Shown piece by piece: positions 58,233 to 64,000 of a DNA stretch of 64,000 bases. The number at the start of each line of letters is the position of its first letter. Position 1 is the first letter of the stretch. The notes below the pieces were generated by a model, which worked only from the letters and a program-made list of their open reading frames with translations, had not been told where the DNA came from and searched no databases. Source of the stretch: Bythopirellula sp. (lineage in GTDB: Bacteria; Planctomycetota; Planctomycetia; Pirellulales; Lacipirellulaceae). The stretch spans positions 2,528,001 through 2,592,000 of the forward strand of contig OZ244170.1 in NCBI GenBank assembly GCA_965216565.1, in the 5' to 3' direction. The position numbers and the translations under genes are program-made.

Positions 58233-59864
58233 CTACTGCGGGACGTAGCTCGCTGTGACCGAGACCTCGCGCACTTGGCGGGTATCGGGCTCATACATAC
58301 GAATCTTTACCTGAATGCCCCGGAGAGGTACGTCGTATGGCGGGGAAGTTTCACGTTCGCCTAAGTCGTCGACGCCGTTGAGGGGAATATCATTGGAGTG
58401 ATCTACCCACAAAAGATTCCCACCTCCGGTGGTGATCGCATCATCTAGCCCGTTGGTGCCTTCGTCGATACTAAACGTTGTGCCATTGTCGTAGTAGTCT
58501 TGATCCTGGTTCAACCCATCGTATTCGTAGTGAAGTGACCAGGTATCGTAAACAACGGGTGGACGCCTTAGAAGATGAGTAGGATCAGTGGTAAGATTAG
58601 GTTTCCAGCCAAGCCTATGTTCCTCTTGAAACGGACGGGGCGGGAATCCGAGACTAACGTTGGGATCGTAGTCGTAGCTGTCATCCCATCCAAGATCAAC
58701 ATATGCACCAAAGCCGACAACGTTGCTGAGGTCCGCAGTGATGGCGTTACCCACGGTGAACAGGCTGTCGGCAACAGGCTCAATAATAGATCCTGCGTAT
58801 TCAAGCAGTGGCGCGCCTGGATCATAAACCAAAACATCGAACGCCAAGACATTATTGAGTATTTGATCTTCGCCTACTCGATTCAAGCCGAGAGGTACGA
58901 GCGAGGTATTGGGATCGCCAGCTTCTCCTGTCAGCAAGCCATTACGAATTCTGAAAGGAAATTGGTGGGGGAAACCTCTAGCTAGATTTGAGTTAAAGTT
59001 GTAGTAGTGTGCAAAGCGGTTCTCTCGCTTCGTAAGATCGCCCAGGGTATTTGCAACCCAAATAAACGTACCGGGGGTTGTTTCCTCAACATGCACCGAC
59101 ACATCGCATTGGTCGTAGAACTGTTCGTAGTTGAACACTCTCTGCTGACTACCTGAGCCACTTACGAAGGGCGGCAGATTGCTATTAAAATAACCCAAAT
59201 CAACCCAAGGCGCGACCACCAGCTCGCGGCGATACAGTTTCCGCATCCCGGGCTCGTCTGGCGGTGGACTATTGAGATCGTTCTCCACAGCAAACCAGAT
59301 GACCTCTGCCACGGAGGATTCGATCGTTTTTGGAACGTTACCGGGTTCGATGAATCGCGCGCGGAATGGTGAATTCTCCTGACGGACGGTTAGGGCGATG
59401 ATGTCGTCAAAGTCTCCCAAACCTGTGGCATCAGTCGTCAGTTGTGGACCTGGGATCGGGACGTTCGCATTCGGGTCCTGGCTGCCAGGGATCTGAGAAA
59501 TCGCGTAATCCAGTTCTCCATTGCCTGCATTACCATCAGTCAATGGACTCGGGTTTCTATCGGAGTAATTCCCTTCGACGATTTCCAGATATCCTGTGTC
59601 TTCGTCGGGGCGTTGCCAGGGTAGCGTGGGGCAGGTGGCGTGGGTGAGGTCGTTGTAGAGCTGGGCTCGCACGTCGCGGAGTTCGCCGCTGAGCTCGATC
59701 GTAGCCTGGCGAATGCGCACGCCGGCACCGATGTTGGCAAACAGCGTCACCACAGCGGCCATCATCAGTAGCGTGATCGCCATGCCGATGAGCATCTCCA
59801 CCAAAGTGAGTGCCCAACGCTGATCGGTCAGAAAGTGTCGGCTCGTCAGAAAAGTTCGTGCCAT
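58233..59864 (-). CDS. Large prepilin-type (PulJ/PilW-like) protein
   Basis: A|LTLVEMLIGMAITLLMM methylation-like motif; C-terminal PLRGIQVKIRMYEPD. Confidence 0.85.
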   Translation of the reverse strand: MARTFLTSRHFLTDQRWALTLVEMLIGMAITLLMMAAVVTLFANIGAGVRIRQATIELSGELRDVRAQLYNDLTHATCPTLPWQRPDEDTGYLEIVEGNYSDRNPSPLTDGNAGNGELDYAISQIPGSQDPNANVPIPGPQLTTDATGLGDFDDIIALTVRQENSPFRARFIEPGNVPKTIESSVAEVIWFAVENDLNSPPPDEPGMRKLYRRELVVAPWVDLGYFNSNLPPFVSGSGSQQRVFNYEQFYDQCDVSVHVEETTPGTFIWVANTLGDLTKRENRFAHYYNFNSNLARGFPHQFPFRIRNGLLTGEAGDPNTSLVPLGLNRVGEDQILNNVLAFDVLVYDPGAPLLEYAGSIIEPVADSLFTVGNAITADLSNVVGFGAYVDLGWDDSYDYDPNVSLGFPPRPFQEEHRLGWKPNLTTDPTHLLRRPPVVYDTWSLHYEYDGLNQDQDYYDNGTTFSIDEGTNGLDDAITTGGGNLLWVDHSNDIPLNGVDDLGERETSPPYDVPLRGIQVKIRMYEPDTRQVREVSVTASYVPQ

Positions 59865-60063
59865 CAGGATAGCTCTCTTGTTAGAAAAGTCTCGCGAAAC
59901 GGAGACTTCGCTCTGTTCCCAATCTATCTGGCCAGCGTCCCCCAATCGTGGATAGTCCGTTGGCCCTTCAGTTTGCCTGCTCTCAATACTCTATTGCACC
60001 GCAGAATGGCTCAAAAGTCAAGTTTGTGAGGGGCTAGGAGCTGGAGGCTAGGGTTTAGGGCAC

Positions 60064-60093
60064 AAAAAAACCGCAGCCAAACTGGCTGCGGTT
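60064..60093 (-). terminator. Intrinsic terminator downstream of fliA
   Basis: AACCGCAGCCA-GTT-TGGCTGCGG followed by T7 on the minus strand. Confidence 0.85.
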
Positions 60094-60169
60094 AGTTTCA
60101 AATTGAATTTGGTGGAAACAAGACGGCTCAATTATGAAGCTGCTCAGCGGCAATCAATGCCATTCTCCC

Positions 60170-60215
60170 AGCCCCTAGCCCCTAGCTCCTAGTCTCTAGC
60201 ACCTAGCACTAGCCC
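60170..60215. repeat. Heptameric tandem tract (CCCCTAG-like); inverted partner at 60029-60061
   Basis: agcccctagcccctagctcctagtctctagcacctagcactagccc; similar tracts at 10820-10849 and 62365-62399. Confidence 0.7.
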
Positions 60216-61001
60216 CTACGTTCCAAACTCAGGACGTCTACGACCCAACTGACCTTGGAGACGTTGGACAATCGCACTATGCATCTGGCTCACGCGGCTT
60301 TCGCTGAGGTCGAGCGTCGAGCCAATTTCCTTCATCGTCATCTCTTCGTAATAGTAGAGAATAATGATGAGCCGCTCGTTGCGATTGAGACCCTTAGTGA
60401 CCATCCGCATGATGTCCGACTTCTGGATGCGACGCGTTGGGTCTTCACCCTTTTTGTCTTCCAGGATATCGATCTCGCGGACATCCTTGTAACTGTCTGT
60501 TTCGTACCATTTCTTGTTCAGGCTAATCAAACCGACGGCATTGGCGTCTGTAATCAACTTTTCCAACTCGGGGACGGTCAGCTCCATTTGGTTGGCCAAT
60601 TCGATCTCGGTAGGATGCCTGCCGAGTCTGGCTTCTAGCTGCTTGACGGCTTCGTTCAGTTTGCTTGCTTTGGAGCGAACCAACCGAGGAACCCAGTCCA
60701 TGCTCCGCAACTCGTCGAGCATGGCGCCACGAATACGTGGCACGCAGTAGGTTTCGAATTTCACACCCCGAGACATATCGAAAGCTTTGATGGCATCCAT
60801 CAAGCCAAATACGCCTGCCGAGATGAGATCGTCGAGTTCTACTCCGTCTGGCAATCGCGACCAAATGCGTTCGCCATTGTACTTCACCAGCGGAAGATAA
60901 TTTTCGACCAGCCGATTGCGCAAATCGCGACAGCTTGGGTCTTTCTTATACTGTTGCCAGACTTCAGCAATTTCTTCTTGTTGGGCGACAGTCGTTGCCA
61001 T
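60216..61001 (-). CDS. fliA: FliA/WhiG family sigma factor (sigma28)
   Basis: DDLISAGVFGL, KFETY..RIRGAMLDELRSMDWVPR, LSESRVSQMH; GGAGGA RBS. Confidence 0.97.
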   Translation of the reverse strand: MATTVAQQEEIAEVWQQYKKDPSCRDLRNRLVENYLPLVKYNGERIWSRLPDGVELDDLISAGVFGLMDAIKAFDMSRGVKFETYCVPRIRGAMLDELRSMDWVPRLVRSKASKLNEAVKQLEARLGRHPTEIELANQMELTVPELEKLITDANAVGLISLNKKWYETDSYKDVREIDILEDKKGEDPTRRIQKSDIMRMVTKGLNRNERLIIILYYYEEMTMKEIGSTLDLSESRVSQMHSAIVQRLQGQLGRRRPEFGT

Positions 61002-61136
61002 GCAATCCTCCGTGATGCTCTTCCTTGTGGAGGCCCGTAAGTAGTTGGGCATTCCCCAGGAAGCTGACTATGCGAAATTCCGTTTCCGCATTATTTGATA
61101 AGTTCTGTACAATTCTCTGCGATAGTCGCAGTTGAA

Positions 61137-61388
61137 TCAGCTAATCGGTTCCGTCTTATTCTGGCTTGGCGAAAGTGCCTCCAGTTCCTCTCCCACGAGT
61201 TTGACTACCGAATGATCGACCGTTGATTGAGCAATCATTCCGATAACCAGCCCCACGATGCCTAGCACACCCATCCAAGCAATCGCTGTGAGCATGGTTT
61301 CCTCGAAACTGGAGTGGTTCTTTATAGCTCGCAGCAGAACGACAAGCATCGCCACCAATGCCATGATTGCCGCATACGTGCGAGCCAA
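61137..61388 (-). CDS. Small two-TM protein in the flagellar operon
   Basis: TTG start after GGAG; two hydrophobic helices. Confidence 0.65.
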   Translation of the reverse strand: MARTYAAIMALVAMLVVLLRAIKNHSSFEETMLTAIAWMGVLGIVGLVIGMIAQSTVDHSVVKLVGEELEALSPSQNKTEPIS

Positions 61389-61482
61389 GATTACGTCTCC
61401 CGGGGGCGTTAAACTCTTCGCAATTCCGCCATCTTGACGGATGTTTGCAAACCTTCTGACTTTCAATCTGTATCGTCATTTC

Positions 61483-62355
61483 CTACGCCGATTGTTGAAG
61501 GTGTTTTAGCGAATAGTCTAATTTTTCCGACAGTGCTGGCATGGTTCCAAAGGATGTGCGTCCACTGGCAACGCGTCGGCTACTGACCACGCTTTCGCTC
61601 AGCAGGTCGCTAGCCAAGAGTCGCACGGCGCGCGTGTACTCTCTCTCACCGATAGCACCTACAGGCACCGGTTGAGACTCGACGACTCCCACACCTAGGA
61701 AACGCAAGCACGTGGCTGCGAATCGCGCGGTGATCCGGGCTGCAGAATCTTCGTTGTCGCATTGGTTCACTACTAGCTTGAGCTGGTTATCTGCATTTCC
61801 CCGACTAGCATGTTTCACCATGGTGTAGGCATTTGTGATCGATCTTTCTTCGGACGTAGTCACTAACACAATTTGCGCCGCAGCCTGCCACCAGTTCTGA
61901 ACCCATGGCGTCATGCCATTCCCAGTATCCACAAGAACGATATCTGCCAACGATTGCAGGCCTGTTAGCTCTGAGTGCAGACGGTTGAACGTTTCTCGGT
62001 TGAGCTCTGGCAGAGCATTCTCCACTGGGTTACCCGGCAACAGCAGTAGGCCATCGTCAAGCGTGCGGAGGGTTTCCTTCACCGTAGCGTCGCCACTTAG
62101 AACCGTCGACAAACTGCAGCGATTGTCGCTGCGATGTTGGTTGCTCAACAAGGGGGATTCAAGATTCGCATCGACGACAACAACCCGTTTGCCCAAAGCT
62201 ACCAGTTCCAAGGCCACGTCGGTCATCAGCGCAGATATACCCGTCGAAGCATCGCTACCGCTGATGGCAATCAGGGGAAGCCCTGGTGCCAAGGACGGCC
62301 GCGTATCGATCGTATCGCGGACTAGTTTACGGAGATGGTCGGCTTGGTCGGTCAT
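61483..62355 (-). CDS. flhG: FlhG/FleN (MinD-like) protein with degenerate P-loop
   Basis: MTDQADHLR N-terminus, VVVDAN, LVDTGNG, AYTMVK, LVVN; lies between flhF and fliA. Confidence 0.8.
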   Translation of the reverse strand: MTDQADHLRKLVRDTIDTRPSLAPGLPLIAISGSDASTGISALMTDVALELVALGKRVVVVDANLESPLLSNQHRSDNRCSLSTVLSGDATVKETLRTLDDGLLLLPGNPVENALPELNRETFNRLHSELTGLQSLADIVLVDTGNGMTPWVQNWWQAAAQIVLVTTSEERSITNAYTMVKHASRGNADNQLKLVVNQCDNEDSAARITARFAATCLRFLGVGVVESQPVPVGAIGEREYTRAVRLLASDLLSESVVSSRRVASGRTSFGTMPALSEKLDYSLKHLQQSA

Positions 62356-62434
62356 TGGTGAGAGGCTAGGTGTTAGGGGCTAGGTCTTAGGGACTAAGGA
62401 AAACTTGCCATCCGCTTGCGGTTTCGCGGCCGAA

Positions 62435-63541
62435 CTATTTATCTAAAATAAGCTCCGCCAAAGAGCTATCTTGTGCGAGGCGGATATCGTCGGGCACGTT
62501 TTGGCCATCGGTCAAATAGCTGATCGGCAAATCGCAACTGCGCGAGACCGATACCAAGTTCCCCAGCGTCATAGCCTCATCGATTTTGGTGACTAGGATC
62601 GAGGTTGTCCCGACCTTGGAAAATCGATCGGCGATGTTCACCAGGCTGCGAGCCCCGCCGACCGCACTAACAACCAAATGCACTTCGGCCGGCTTTGCCT
62701 CGGCCAACATAGAGCGAAGTTCTTGAATTCGCACTTCATCGCGTGGGCTTCGGCCAGCCGTGTCCATCAGCACTAGATCTAGGTCCGCCATTCTCGCAAC
62801 GGCTTCCCGCATTTCGCGTGGTGTGCTGACTACTTCCATCGGTAGATCGATGATCTCGGCGTATGTCCGCAATTGTTCGACGGCAGCGATTCGATAGGTA
62901 TCAACGGTAATTAATCCCACACGCTTGTTCTCGCGGAGGCGATAGTTTGCGGCCAGCTTAGCAATGGTCGTTGTCTTACCCACGCCCGTTGGTCCAACGA
63001 GCGCAACCACCCTGCCCTCTCCCACCGAGGTTTCGATGGGGTTGGTCGTCTTGAATTCTGAACTCAGGTATCGCTTCACATCTTGGCGATATTCGGGTGC
63101 CGTCAGGTCTGAACCACCGCTCTGCTGTAACTGTTCGATATATTGTTGAGCAATGCTCTCTTCGACGTCCGACTCTATGAGATCGGTGTAGACCTCAAAC
63201 AAAGCCTCAGGCAGATACTCAGTTTCCCGGTGCAAAGGAATGCCGTGACCCGATTCCAATCCAGTGTGCAGTTCCTGGAGGCCTTCGTATTCCGCGCTCT
63301 GCAGATCTTGCTGATACTGCTGGGCGTAAGTTGCCTGGAACGAATCTGCCATCGCAATTTGACTCGGCACTTCCATTTCGATAGATGCCGCGATTTCATA
63401 CTCACGTCGACCGAGCATGCGACCGAGAAGATTCGCATTCAACTCGCGCGTGTGCAGTACCGTGGCCTCAGGTCCAAGCTGCTCCCGCACTAAATTGAGC
63501 GCTTGCTGCATCGTCTTGGCTCGAAAAGTTTCGATCTTCAT
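62435..63541 (-). CDS. flhF: Flagellar biosynthesis GTPase FlhF
   Basis: MKIETFRAKTMQQAL, GPTGVGKTTTIAKLAA, DTYRIAAVEQL, DTAGRS, TKIDE, GQNVPDD. Confidence 0.97.
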   Translation of the reverse strand: MKIETFRAKTMQQALNLVREQLGPEATVLHTRELNANLLGRMLGRREYEIAASIEMEVPSQIAMADSFQATYAQQYQQDLQSAEYEGLQELHTGLESGHGIPLHRETEYLPEALFEVYTDLIESDVEESIAQQYIEQLQQSGGSDLTAPEYRQDVKRYLSSEFKTTNPIETSVGEGRVVALVGPTGVGKTTTIAKLAANYRLRENKRVGLITVDTYRIAAVEQLRTYAEIIDLPMEVVSTPREMREAVARMADLDLVLMDTAGRSPRDEVRIQELRSMLAEAKPAEVHLVVSAVGGARSLVNIADRFSKVGTTSILVTKIDEAMTLGNLVSVSRSCDLPISYLTDGQNVPDDIRLAQDSSLAELILDK

Positions 63542-63552
63542 GTTTTGAAATC

Positions 63553-64000
63553 CTAGGCGTCTGACGCTAATCCGACTGTGGCGATCTGAGTATCTCTCGT
63601 GACTTCGTTAAAGCTAAGGACCACCAACTGCGACAAGTGGCTCTCGGTGATTTGTTTCAAGGCAGCCCGTATCTGGGGGCTGACCAGCACGATGGGCGTA
63701 TGACCGGCGGTGGTTAGTTTTTGCAGTTCGTTGGCGATGGCGTTGCAAGTGGCCTCGATCGCTTGCGGCGACATGCGGATAAACAAACCTCGCTCGTTGT
63801 GCTCGAACCCAGCGCGAATGCGATCTTCCATGGCAGGATCGAGAGTGATGACGTGCAACTTGCTCTCGGCATCCCGATAACGAGTACAAATTTGTCTTGC
63901 CAGTCGGTGGCGAACATATTCGGTGAGCAGCACGGGGTCCTTTGTACGACCCGCGTAGTCGCCAAGCGTTTCGAGAATCAACGACAGCTGGCGTACGGAA
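63553..64000 (-). CDS. flhA: Flagellar export protein FlhA, C-terminal part (runs off the window edge)
   Basis: ILETL..LTEYVRHRLARQI, VLSFNEV; upstream of flhF. Confidence 0.93.
   Translation of the reverse strand, partial: SVRQLSLILETLGDYAGRTKDPVLLTEYVRHRLARQICTRYRDAESKLHVITLDPAMEDRIRAGFEHNERGLFIRMSPQAIEATCNAIANELQKLTTAGHTPIVLVSPQIRAALKQITESHLSQLVVLSFNEVTRDTQIATVGLASDA

Overview
Gene-dense chromosomal segment of a planctomycete. The PEP-CTERM/dockerin-like tailed proteins, BBP7-type beta-barrel, fhcA/fwdA homolog and HTH-REC regulator suggest Pirellulales, perhaps Lacipirellulaceae; this placement is inference. About 55 CDSs are supported. Housekeeping genes are pdxA, clpX, holA, pyk, dksA-like, trpD, mnmG, pyrB and a partial ABC-F ATPase. 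The window also holds the end of a flagellar operon (flhA-flhF-flhG-like-fliA), a tungstate ABC transporter (tupABC) divergent from formylmethanofuran dehydrogenase/Fhc subunit A, a VapBC-type TA pair and many uncharacterised secreted or envelope proteins. No rRNA, tRNA, CRISPR, transposase or integrase was seen. Main leads: (1) a candidate ~184-nt sRNA on the minus strand (32963->32780) with a sigma54 -24/-12 promoter, upstream palindrome, three hairpins with recurring CCCGC loops and an intrinsic terminator; (2) a three-gene operon of two paralogous Pro-rich secreted proteins plus a Cys-containing DUF11 lipoprotein, possibly an envelope scaffold; (3) many intergenic palindromic repeat families (GTAG REPINs, 9-nt-periodic inverted elements, 7-nt tracts); (4) a 1458-aa FHA-like coiled-coil membrane protein and an FlhG homolog with a degenerate P-loop. 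Product calls come from motif recognition only; no database searches were run.
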